This document shows, one piece after another, positions 35,470 through 45,782 of a DNA stretch of 64,000 nt (position 1 is the first letter of the stretch; each line of letters starts with the position of its first letter). The position numbers were made by a program, and so were the translations under genes. The stretch comes from Pristiophorus japonicus (Eukaryota). Below the pieces are notes generated by a model, which did no database searches, had not been told where the DNA came from, and saw nothing but the letters and a program-made list of their open reading frames with translations. The stretch covers positions 111,228,001 through 111,292,000 of the forward strand of contig NC_091994.1 in the NCBI RefSeq assembly GCF_044704955.1. Reading direction: 5' to 3'.

Positions 35470-35915
35470 TTAGGCTGGGGGAGAATGCAAAATACAAGAC
35501 CGTGCTTGAAATGGATGCAGATGGTAAAGCTAGAGGCCACATCTATAAAATCTACAGATTAGATGCCAGGACTTATTTCTTGTGCCAGAGTCCATGCCCT
35601 GTGGAACAAACTGTCGAGACACGTGGTGGGTATGGCATTGCTGCGGCTCTTTGACAAGATCCCACAACAGAAGGACAGTTACCGCTGTAGGAGATAAACT
35701 GCAAGATTGTGATGAGTCATGGGCCCACTCGGTTGCCTGAGGGAGCTGGAGAGGAATCTCGCAAATTTCTCTGAATGTGCCGCAGGTTATTTTCTCTGTA
35801 TTTTTGTGCCTCTCCCAAGAGATTGTGTGGTTAGATGATAGGTAAATGGTGAGCGAGATTACACCACTGACGAGTTCGGCAGGCTGGTTTATTTACTAAT
35901 CCTTCCCTTTGTATG
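35470..35915 (+). mobile_element. Old CR1 3' fragment with long UTR
   Basis: Diverged ARGHIYKI..RTYF motif; UTR segment tttttgtgcctctcccaagagat resembles 21170-21195. Confidence 0.5.
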
Positions 35916-36123
35916 TTTGCAACAAAACAAAAAACAAGCTTGGACATTGGATGCAATCTGGAGTTTCACCAGGCCAGTGTACCAGTTTACTCGTCTCTGG
36001 TAGTATTGGGCCCGTCAGCCCAGTTTAATGGCACCATTAGAGGCTTTAAAGTCTGAGGGGTCGAAATTCGGTCCCGCCGTTTTTGAGGCAGTGACACCGC
36101 CTGACGGGTGATTTTATCGCCAG

Positions 36124-36620
36124 CGCCCTCCTGGATGCTCTTCCTCCACTTAGGGCGGTCTTTGGCCAGGGACTCCCAGCTGTCGGTGGGGATGTTGTAT
36201 TTTATCAAGGAGGCTTTGAGGGTGTCCTCGAAACATTTCCTCTGCCCACCTGGAGATCGCTTGCCGTGTAGGAGTTCCGAGTAGAACGCTTGCTTTGGGA
36301 GTCTCATGTCGGGCATGCAGACAGTGTGGCCCGCCCAACGGAGCTGGTCGAGTGTGGTCAGTGCTTCGATGCTGGGGACGTTGGTGCGTCTTACCTCCCA
36401 GGATCCTTGCGGAGACAGCACTGGTGATACTTCTCCAGCGCTTTGAGGTGTTTACTATATATGGTCCATGTCGCTGAGCCATATAGGAGGACGGGTATCA
36501 CTACTGCCCTGTAGACCATAAGTTTGGTGCCAGATTTGAGGTCCTGGTCTTCAAACACTCTCTTCCTCAGGTGACCAAAGGCTGCGCTGGCACACTGGAG
36601 GCGGTGTTGGACCTCGTCGT
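36124..36620 (-). mobile_element. RTE-clade LINE internal fragment
   Basis: QLRWAGH..MPD.RLPKQ..YSEL..GKR..GGQRKC; matches 11700-12220. Confidence 0.88.
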
Positions 36621-37302
36621 CGTGACAATGACGTCAGCACTCAACAAGGATATAGTTGCATTGGAGTATTGACAAAGCAAAATTTCTGGGATGCAAGTTT
36701 GAGATCCGGGATAAAAAGCACCCTTCCTTCAAAGTGACTCTGTCCTAAACATTAACTGGATTTGCACTTGTTAGGCTCAGAATAAAGTGCCACTTTTGGC
36801 CTATTAATAGATATGTCCGGTGGGATGGAGCTGGAAAGGGTTAACCTGGCTGATTGAGACTCTCCAAACAAAACCTGGCCCCTTAAATTCAGCTCCTGCC
36901 AAGACATTGACTTTATATTTTGCGATTAGCCGCGGTATCTGCCACGTAATGGGGCACTGCACCATTGTGAAATACTCTTCATCCATTTAAAAATGTATTA
37001 ACATCAGATCCTGTGAACTCTGGAATTGGCTGGATAAGTTTGCTTTTTGTTATCAGCTTGGCTTCAAACGAGAGTGTGAAAAGTCATAATCGTCCTGTCT
37101 TGCAAACAAAGCAGTGGTAAAACTAGCCAAGTTTCGACAAAAATGCTCTGAATTGCATAACATGCTTTATCCACAAGAATTTACGTAAAACAAACAGCTT
37201 GTTTGGGCTGGTAACCATTTGAAAATACCCACAGGTAGCTAAAATTATAGAAGCATCTTGTTTATTAGTCTACACAGCCTCTTTCTAACTATTAACAAAA
37301 GG

Positions 37303-37670
37303 AAAAAAGGCTTGCATTTATATAGCGCTTTTCACGACCACCAGATGCCTCAAAGCGCTTTACAGCCAATGAAGTATTTTTGGAGTGTAGTCACTGTTGT
37401 AATGTGGGAAACGCGGCAGCCAACTTGCGCACAGCAAGCTCCCACAAACAGCAATGTGATAATGACCAGATAATCTGTTTTTGTTATGTTGATTGAGGGA
37501 TAAATATTGGCCAGGATAATCCCCCTGCTCTTCTTCGAAATAGTGCCATGGGATCTTTTACATCCACCTGAGGGCAGACAGGACCTCGGTATAACATTTC
37601 ATCCGAAAGACGGCAACTCCGACAGTGCAGCACTCCCTCAGCACTGCACTGGAGTGTCGGCCTGGATTAC
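37303..37670 (-). mobile_element. Deu-domain SINE lacking its tRNA head
   Basis: Reverse complement of 21780-22165. Confidence 0.88.
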
Positions 37671-37951
37671 ATAATAAGTTAAGAACAGTTTCACTCACAG
37701 AAGAATATTCAAGCACATTCTGTTATAGTTTCATAGAATCACAGAACTCTCTATCACAGAAGGAGAGCATTCAGCCCATCATGCCTATGCAGGCTCTCTG
37801 AAAGATCTGTCCAGAATTCCTCACATATGCAATAATATATTTTCTTTTTCAAATATTTGTCGATTTTCTTTGGTCATAGATCGGCCATCAATAGATTCGT
37901 AACTGGCTTACAACGCTTCTTTCAAATGGCATAACGGGGTACAGACTGTAT

Positions 37952-38264
37952 CCCAGTGACATCAAACAGCACTCGCCCATCGCAGTGACATCATACAACA
38001 CTGTGCCCATCCCAGTGACATCATACAGCATCCGCCTGTCCCAGTGACATCATACAGCACTGCTCCAATCCCAGTGACATCATACAGCATGCGCTCATCG
38101 CAGTGACATCATATAGCGCTCGGCCATCGCAGTGACATCATACAGCACCCGCCCATCCCAGTAACATCATACAGTGCTAGCCCTCTTGCAATGACATCAT
38201 ACAGTGCAAGCCCTCTCCCAGTGACATCATACAGCACCCGCCCATCCCAGTGACATCGTACAGC
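37952..38264. repeat. Minisatellite, about 11 units of 29-30 bp
   Basis: Unit cccagtgacatcatacagcacccgcccat with a conserved CAGTGACATCATACAG core. Confidence 0.93.
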
Positions 38265-38289
38265 TAAAATGAATAACATTTCTTGTTTA

Positions 38290-38650
38290 TAACAACATGG
38301 ATTTATATCGTGCCTTCAAAGTAGAAATGTGAGGCACATCACAACAGAAACAGATAGAGGAATGGAAACCGAGGCGTACACAAAACACTTAGTCCATAAA
38401 ATGGGTTTTGAGCATTTGCGAGGCGAGCGGGGAAGTGGATAAGAGCTGGGTTTTATGGCTGGTGTCCCAGAGTGGGGGTGAGGGCGGCAGATCGAATCAC
38501 CACCCTGATGGGGCAAAGGTAGAAAATAACTCACAAAGGGCCAGGGTTCGAGGACCAGTGGGTGCAGGGAACGTACCGCTGAAGGAAATTGCAGAGATAG
38601 CGTAAGCCGACGCCATGCAGGCATCTGAAGGACAAGGATTTTAAATTAAT
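38290..38650 (-). mobile_element. Old L2-like 3' fragment
   Basis: aacaacatggatttatatcgtgcc start; weakly colinear with younger L2 ends. Confidence 0.5.
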
Positions 38651-38695
38651 GCTCATAAAATTTATAAAATAAATTTACTCCAACTGTAAAATAAA

Positions 38696-38875
38696 ACAAA
38701 TATTGACTGCAGTGTTTCAGCTCTGGCTGGTAAATCATTGCTGCCTGGGCTGCATAACTGACCTAGAATGTGCAATAATGCATATTACATCCTGATATAA
38801 CACCCCTTTAATAACTCGTGTGATCCACAGCGCCACAATTTACTACCGTAATTCTAAACTGCAGTCAATATTTGT
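38696..38875. repeat. Perfect 18-bp inverted repeat enclosing 144 bp
   Basis: ACAAATATTGACTGCAGT (38696-38713) / ACTGCAGTCAATATTTGT (38858-38875). Confidence 0.85.
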
Positions 38876-39143
38876 ATTATATATATTTATTGTCTCTATA
38901 ATTATCTCTACAGTAGAGTCTCTGTATAATGCTGATACAAAAAGGATCTATAAGAAAGGGCAGTTATAAAGGGAATGTTTTACACAGTTTGTCTTAGTGC
39001 TTCATAAATTACGTGTTGTGTTAGAGGTTGTAATATATATCACGGAGTGTCACAGTGGGGAATGCTGCATAGTTAATGTACGTGAAGAGGAGATTTTGGT
39101 GCACTGTGGATTAACAGAGGATGCTTTCTGCTTCTGTGCTATT

Positions 39144-39591
39144 AAGAACGTAAGAATTAGGAGCAGGAGTCGGCCATTCGGCCCCTCGAGCCTGCTCCGC
39201 CATTCAATAAGATCATGGTTGATCTTCTACCTCAACTCCACTTTCCTGCACTGTCCCCATATCCCTTGATTCCCTTAATATCCAAAAATCTATCGATCTC
39301 TGTCTTGAAGCTACTCAACGACTGAGCCTCCACAGCCCTCTGGGGTAGAGAATTCCAAAGATTCACCACCCTCCGAGTGAAGAAATTTCTCCTCATCTCA
39401 GTCCTAAATGGCCAACCCCTTATCCTGTGACCCCTGGTTCTAGACTCCCCAGCCAGGGGAAACATCCTCCCTGCATCCACCCTGTAAGAATTTTGTATGT
39501 TTCAATGAGATCACCTCTCATTCTTCTACAGAATATAGGCCTAGTCTACTCAATCTCTCCTCATAGGACAATCCCCCCATCCCAGGAATCA
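39144..39591 (-). mobile_element. CR1 3' fragment
   Basis: ORF 39232..39480 reads SRTRGH..RRNFFTRRVVNLWNSLP; tail at 39144. Confidence 0.88.
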
Positions 39592-40167
39592 GTTTTACAG
39601 GTGACTGCTCAGTCATTTTAGTAGTTGAAAGCTGGCTAGTAAAAAGGCTGTTTCAAAAAAGAAATCTGTGCTGTTAAAAGTATGTGCCCCACACACAGTG
39701 CTGTGAATTCACAAGCCCACTCACCCAAAGGCCTGACCCTGACCCAGTCTGGACAGGGGCAAAAAGAGGCACCCTTATTCCTGTCTTCTGTCCTTCCTGT
39801 CCTTCAGGATGTTTGAATTCACTTCCTTTATTTTCTCTCAACCTCTAATTGGGTTTCAGGGACACTGTCCATTTCACATCACCAACACATTTTGCTGTGC
39901 ACCCCGTCGCCTCATTAACTGGAATTGTTTACCATGCAATCTTTGTAATTTGGAAGGAGTCACGATGAATCTCCACAAAGCTGTAAAATGACTTGCGCGA
40001 TCGGTTTGTCCGGGGTGGGGGGGGGGGGGGGGAAGGTGAAATCAAAGGTCTGATTTTCTCCTAAATTAACCACCCACTAATTAAGTCACATTCTCACAGA
40101 TCACGTTACAGATTTCATTAGCAGGTTGTTAATTATAGACAGAAACAGATTCGCGGAAAATAAAAAA

Positions 40168-40260
40168 CGTAAGAAATAGGAGCAGGAGTCGGCCATGCGG
40201 CCCCTCGAGCCTTTCAATAAGATCATGGCTGATCATCGACCTCAACTCCACTCTCCCGCT
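40168..40260 (-). mobile_element. CR1 3' UTR/tail remnant
   Basis: taagaaataggagcaggagtcggcc..gatcatggctgatc. Confidence 0.75.
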
Positions 40261-40443
40261 CTAAAGAGGCATTTCAGGCCACATAATTTCCTGTTAGTAG
40301 GCAAGGCAAGCGAGACTTCCTGCTGTCTGCCTTAAGTCGGCTCCAGCATTGTGGTGATGCCAGGATGCCACAATCATGAATTATTGTTCTTAAGGGAGTT
40401 TGCGTGTGCAACTTGTGTAGGCAGGCATTACATCTTAACTGGG

Positions 40444-41000
40444 TCATCATCATAGGCGGTACCTCAAAACGAGGATTACTTGCTTCCACGCCAAAAAAAG
40501 GATGAGTTCACAGGTGTTTCAATGAAGGACCCAAACTACACCTGAAGGGTGGAAGATGCCTGTGCGTGGATTTTTTTAACGTGTGATGGCCGTTGGACAC
40601 CAGCCACCACACGGGCTTGACAGAGCTAGGTCTTGGTCCAGTGGCAAGGATTACCCAAGACGACTGGAGACCAGCTCTGCTGCATGGACCTCGTGCGCAT
40701 ACATATCGCGGTGGGGGCTGGCCCATGCTGCCCCTGAGCCCCTGGCCCCGAACTCACGCCTCCCCTGGGCCCCGATCACGTCCCTCTTCAGTGTGTGGCC
40801 ACACCTGCTGTATCTGCCCACGCTCCAATCACAGACCTGGACCTTGATGACGTCACTCTTTGCTGCCGTCGCCCTCCTGCACCAGCTCGCGCTGCTTCTT
40901 GAAGTAGTACGCCTCCACGCCGTTCCTTTTATGGCCCTGACCCGCCGCCGGTGTTTTCACGCAGATCGGGACCTCCACGCTGCTCCCCGAGGCCTCCACG
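40444..41000 (-). mobile_element. Non-coding non-autonomous retroelement with RTE-type 3' tail (copy 2)
   Basis: tcatcatcataggcgg.. tail; core and head motifs match 2183-2931. Confidence 0.8.
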
Positions 41001-41002
41001 GC

Positions 41003-41792
41003 TTAGGGCAGCCTAATGATTATGGTTATGGATATCAATCCAGAGATTGTGAGCTCAAATCCCATCACAGCAAGATGGGAAACTGAATTCATTGAAAAAT
41101 CTGGTGGCCAGTACCAGGTAAAATAACCTCGAAAGCAGCTGGATTAACAACAATTTGTGTTTATATAGCACCTTTAACGTAGTAAAACGTCCCAATGGCA
41201 CTTCACAGGAGTGCTATCAAACAGAATTTAACACCGAGCCACAATCAGAGATATTAGGGCAGCTGACTAAAAGCTTGGTCAAAGAGGTAGGTTTTAAGGA
41301 GTGTCTTGAAGGAGGAAAGAGAGGTAGAGAGGAGGAGAGGTTTAAGGAGGGAGTTCCAGAGCTTGGGGCCCAGGCAACAGAAGGCACGGCCACCGATGGT
41401 TGAGCGATTAAAATCGGGGATGCTGAAGAGGGCAGATATTTCAGAGAGTTGTGGGGCTGGAGGAGATTACAGGAGATAGGGAGGGGAAAAGCCATGGAGG
41501 GATTTGATAACCAGGATGAGAATTTTAAAATTGAGGCGTTGCTTAACCAGAAGCCAATGTAAGTAAGCGAGCACAAGAGTGATGGGTGAGCGGGACTTGG
41601 TGAGTTATTATGCGATTTATCATAAAAACCAAGTAGTTCGCCAATGTCCTGCAGGGAAGGGAACCTGCCATGCCTACCCAATTTGGCCTGGTGACTTCAA
41701 TCGCACTCGACCCAGTTGGCCTAAAGCCCTCAGGGTCACTTGGAAGGGGCAATAAAAATGGCCTTGCCAATGCCACCCAAGTCCTAAGAACA
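41003..41792 (+). mobile_element. Old tRNA-type SINE with Zenon-like tail (about 41003-41145 and 41610-41792), split by L2
   Basis: B-box-like gagctcaaatccc; 3' end ggggcaataaaaatggccttgccaatgccaccc resembles the Zenon-like LINE tail. Confidence 0.55.
41146..41605 (-). mobile_element. L2-clade LINE 3' fragment
   Basis: aacaacaatttgtgtttatatagc start; colinear with 57435-57905. Confidence 0.85.
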
Positions 41793-42011
41793 GGTATTTT
41801 TTTTAAGTGCACTGTTATATTGTTTTACAAAGTTTAGGTTTCTGCTGTCTTTAGGTAATAATTTACAAAAAGTTGTGTATTTGGTTTTATGAGCCATTCC
41901 TATTGGCCCAATAGGCACAGCACTGCCAATCCCATCTGGCAACATAATGACACAAGAATGGTTTGCTGGTTTTCTTTCTTTGATTTTCAGTTTTAAGTTG
42001 TTTTTATTATA

Positions 42012-42115
42012 GAAAAAAAATTTGCATTTATATAGCGCCGTTCACGACCACCAGACGTCTCAAAGCGCTTTACAGCCAATGAAGTACTTTTCGAAGAGTA
42101 GTCACTGTTGTAATT
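42012..42115 (-). mobile_element. Deu-SINE 3' tail
   Basis: tttgcatttatatagcgcc..gctttacagccaatgaagtac. Confidence 0.8.
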
Positions 42116-42883
42116 ATGCACCATCATATCTTTGAACTACAAAACATTTTTAAATTAAGTGGGAGGAGACCCTTTGGACCCCTCGATGACAGGCAGGCAA
42201 ACTGGGAATGTTTGTTAAATGGCACTGATGGAACTATCGGGAATTGGGTCGTCTACATCGCTGACATGTGAAAAGAAGGACCCCATTCTGCAGGGAGCTG
42301 GAAAATTCTAAAGATAATAATTACTGTCTTGACAGCTTAAAAAAAATACAATAAAATATTTTCAAAGTTCCAAAACAAAGCAGCTAGAATTTAAACACAA
42401 CTTTAGTATAAACAGAATCTAGTGCGGAAGGAAAAGGTTTTCCTTATAAAGATGCAGAGAGTGCTGTTGTTAATGGGCGGAATCCCTGCCCCGAGTTCTA
42501 CAGAGAAAGCTTCTGTGAAATCAGGGATTTTACAAAACACAAGCCACTTAACGTAGATATCAGCAGTCAGTTCAGATTGAATTTCTGAAAAAGAACTGCA
42601 GCGTACTGGAGAAATAGATTTTTTTTTAAACTATATAGTGGACCTTTAAGAGCTAAAACAAAAGTCAAGAACTGTGTTAGGTTGCTCACTTTGACAACTG
42701 CTGGTGTGGGCTCGCGTTGTGTGTATATACACCACAACCAAAACTGCAACCTTTCAGTCACTCTCTGCTGAGCTGACCAGGAGGATGTGTCACGGGGTGA
42801 GCACCTCACAATGGTCCAAGTGATGAAGGACCCTCGCCATGCGAACCTATGGTGGGCGTGTGAACGTGAAAAAACGATGATAT

Positions 42884-43092
42884 CCTTCTTCTCCTTCTTC
42901 TTCTTCTTCCGTATGGTAGCACCAAAGAAAAGCAAATGTCAATATCCCAGTCGGATATCCAGGCCAAAGCTTCCGGTGTAACCGCGTGGATATCCCGCAG
43001 GCTGCCTGTGAATTCCCTCGGAGGGCAGTGCTCAATAATGTGCTCTAGGGTCTGATTAGGAGCTCCACAGTCGCATGATGGGGATGCTTTAA
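42884..43092 (-). mobile_element. Vingi/Ingi-like LINE 3' end
   Basis: SCDCGAPNQTLEHIIEHCP CCHC knuckle; ccatacg(GAA)n tail; matches 58668-58875. Confidence 0.75.
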
Positions 43093-43142
43093 TCCTCGAG
43101 CTAAAGCATCTGATTTTAGTTTGCGAAGGAAGGGAAAATGAA

Positions 43143-44151
43143 CGGTGTGGCTCAGTGGGTAGCATTCTCGCCTCTTAGTCAGAAGGTTGTGGGCTCAAGT
43201 CTCACTCCAGGAACTTGAACACATAAATCTAGGCTGACACTCCCTGTGCAGTGCTGAGGGAGTGCTGCACTGTCAGAGGTGCCGTCTTTTGGATATGTTA
43301 AACCGAGGCCCCATCTGCTCTCTCAAGGTGGCTGTAAAAGATCCCACGGCACTATTTTGAAGAAGAACAGGGGAGTTATCCCCATTGTCTTGGCCAATAT
43401 TTATCCCTCATCAGTGTAACAAAAACAAATTATCTGGAGGATTATCATATTGCTGTTTGTGGGAGCTTGCTGTGCGCAAGTTGGCTGCCTCATTTCCTAC
43501 ATTACAACAGTGACTACACTCCAAAATACTTAATTGCTGTAAAACTCTTTGAGACGTCCACCTGGAATACTGCGTACAGTTTTAGTTTCCATATTTACGA
43601 AAGGATATACTTGCTTTGGAGGCAGTTCAGAGAAGGTTCACTAGGTTGATTCCTGAGATGAGGGGTTTGACATGAGGAAAGGTTGAGTAGGTTGGGCCTC
43701 TAATCATTGGAATTCAGAAGAATGAGAGGTGATCTTATCAAAATGCATAAGATAATGAGGGGGCTTGACAAGGTGGATGCAGAGAGGATGTTTCCACTGA
43801 TAGGGGAGACTAGAACTAGAGGGCATGATCTTAGAATAAGGGGCCGCCCATTTAAAACTGAGATAAGGAGAAATGTCTTCTCTCAGAGGGTTGTGGATCT
43901 GTGGAATTCGCTGCCTCAGAGAGCTGTGGAAGCTGGGACATTGAATAAATTTAAGACAGAGATAGATAGTTTCTTAACAGATAAGGAAATAAGAGGTTAT
44001 GGAGAGCGGGCAGGGAACTGAGTCCATGATCGGATCAGCCATGATTGTATTAAATGGCGAAGCAGGCTCGAGGGGCCGTATGGCCTACTCCTGTTTCTAT
44101 TTCTTATGTTCTTATGAAAGGCGCTATATAAATCCAAGTCTTTCTTTCTTT
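43143..44151 (+). mobile_element. Full-length Deu-domain SINE interrupted near its 3' end by CR1-A
   Basis: A/B boxes at 43147-43203; the body runs to 43559; the tail aaaggcgctatataaatccaagtctttc resumes at 44117. Confidence 0.87.
43559..44116 (+). mobile_element. CR1-A 3' fragment
   Basis: ORF 43707..44021; ttcttatgttcttatg tail; about 8 bp of the SINE target are missing at the junction. Confidence 0.9.
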
Positions 44152-44289
44152 AATAAGGAAATAAACGCTCAGTAAATGTAAGCTCTTCCTTCAAATAAGT
44201 AGATCTATAAAAAGTGTGTGGGGGGGGGGGGGGGGGGGAAGGGAGGAGAGCGGGGAGGGATTTGATCCATCCAGCTCATTATTCTATAA

Positions 44290-44632
44290 AAACCTCCGCA
44301 CTACATCTCATTGCCTTCTGAATGACTTCAGAGTTTAAACATCCATTACCCCACCTAGAAGACCATTCCAGGTATTGATCACTCCATTGTAACAAGAGGT
44401 GCTCCCTGAGATCAGCCATGAACTCGCCTTTCACTCATTTATACCTGTGCCCTGCGTCCTTCAGTCATGATTTAATTTGAAATATTGATGCATCTTTTCT
44501 GTTCCGCTCGGAATATAATATATCTCTGTAGGCCTGTCTCATTCACCTCCTGTCAACGAAGCTTTTCGAACCTACCCTCACAAAGCTGTCCTCTAACATG
44601 ACCATCAGTCTCGTCGCCCTTCTCTGCACCAG
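44290..44632 (-). mobile_element. Ancient CR1-like fragment
   Basis: Minus strand at about 44605-44630 reads VQRRATRL, a CR1 thumb motif; the rest is heavily diverged. Confidence 0.4.
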
Positions 44633-44970
44633 AGGCGAGATATTTCCCGTGTTTCTGGGTGACACACGCCAGCTAACCAAATGCAAGGTGCAATTTAGCG
44701 AGGGGTGCACCCCCTCGAGATACTGCCTCTTCTTAGTGTCCCGGTTTAATCCTGTTAGCGTTGGTCATTTTCTGCTCACATTAGCCACGAGTTTTCTTCA
44801 ACTGCACTCTTTTGCCCTCGTGTGTCCTACTGGCAACACACCTTAAATAATTGTTACATTTGTCCAAAGATAGTTTATCACCGGGTAAGGGGTGTTACTT
44901 GATATGCCATTATCACAGAATCATAGAAATTTACAGCACGGAAAGAGGCCATTTCGGCCTGTTGTGTCCC

Positions 44971-45780
44971 GAGCTGAGGGTGGATTCACTCTGGAGCATC
45001 CACGATGCTGAGAATGACGTGAGTATCACGTGTAGTGAATTGGTCTTACCGCAGGAGAAGGGTCCACAGCCAGATAGGGAATGGAAGACCAGCAGGAAGA
45101 GCAGTGCAAGAAAGATAGTGCAGGGATCCCCTGTGGTCATCCCCCTGCAAAACAGATACACTGCTTTGAGTACTGTTGGGGAGGATGACTCATCAGGGGA
45201 GGGCAGCAGCAGCCAAGTTCATGGCACCGTAGGTGGCTCTGCTGCAAAGGAGGGCAGGAAAAAGAGTGGGAGCGCGATAGTGATAGGGGATTCGATGGTG
45301 AGGGGAATAGATAGGCATTTCTGCGGACGCAACCGAGACTCCAGGATGGTATGTTGCCTCCCTGGTGCAAGGGTCAAGGATGTCTCGGAGCGGGTGCAGG
45401 ACATTCTGAAATGGGAGGGAGAACAGCCAGTTGTCGTGGTGCACATTGGTACCAACGACGTAGGTAAAAAAAGGGATGAGGTCCTACGAAAAGAATTTAA
45501 GGCGCTAGGAGCTAAATTAAAAAGTAGGACCTCAAAAGTAGTAATCTCGGGATTGCTACCAGTGCCACGTGCTAGTCAGAGTAGGAATCGCAGGATAGCG
45601 CAGATGAATACATGGCTTGAGCAGTGGTGCAGCAGGGAGGGATTCAAATTCTTGGGGCATTGGAACCGGTTCTGGGGGAGGTGGGACCAGTACAAACCGG
45701 ACGGTCTGCACCTGGGCAGGACCGGAACCAATGTCCCAGGGGGAGTGTTTGCTAGTACTGTTGGGGAGGATTTAAACTAA
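44971..45780 (+). CDS. CR1 ORF1 protein, partial, with SGNH/GDSL esterase domain
   Basis: SGNH blocks IVIGDS, LPGA, HIGTND and DGLHL, plus an NRY motif; no internal stops; true start missing. Confidence 0.88.
   Translation, partial: ELRVDSLWSIHDAENDVSITCSELVLPQEKGPQPDREWKTSRKSSARKIVQGSPVVIPLQNRYTALSTVGEDDSSGEGSSSQVHGTVGGSAAKEGRKKSGSAIVIGDSMVRGIDRHFCGRNRDSRMVCCLPGARVKDVSERVQDILKWEGEQPVVVVHIGTNDVGKKRDEVLRKEFKALGAKLKSRTSKVVISGLLPVPRASQSRNRRIAQMNTWLEQWCSREGFKFLGHWNRFWGRWDQYKPDGLHLGRTGTNVPGGVFASTVGEDLN
45771..45777 (+). promoter_or_regulatory. Candidate -1 frameshift heptamer T TTA AAC at the CR1-B ORF1/ORF2 junction
   Basis: ORF1 reads GAT TTA AAC TAA; the -1 frame TTT AAA CTA ATA TTG CAG runs into the 986-aa ORF2. 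Confidence 0.55.
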
Positions 45781-45782
45781 TA

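Noticed and set aside
37952-38264. CRISPR-like array (constant core, variable spacer)
   Set aside because: The variable parts are only ~13 nt and related to each other, the context is vertebrate, and there are no cas genes.
40620-40680. Canonical HDV-like ribozyme call
   Set aside because: The pairing order is similar, but the P1.1 GG, P4 and the catalytic J4/2 strand are absent; kept only as a structured-RNA finding.
40017-44238. Long G homopolymers (40017-40032, 44220-44238; also near 62990) and C runs (304-315, 24555-24578)
   Set aside because: Simple mononucleotide tracts with no further structure; their lengths may be sequencing-dependent.
44851-44970. N-terminal 40 aa of the predicted 309-aa ORF1
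   Set aside because: Read-through from flanking DNA and an antisense CR1-C tail upstream of the insertion junction.
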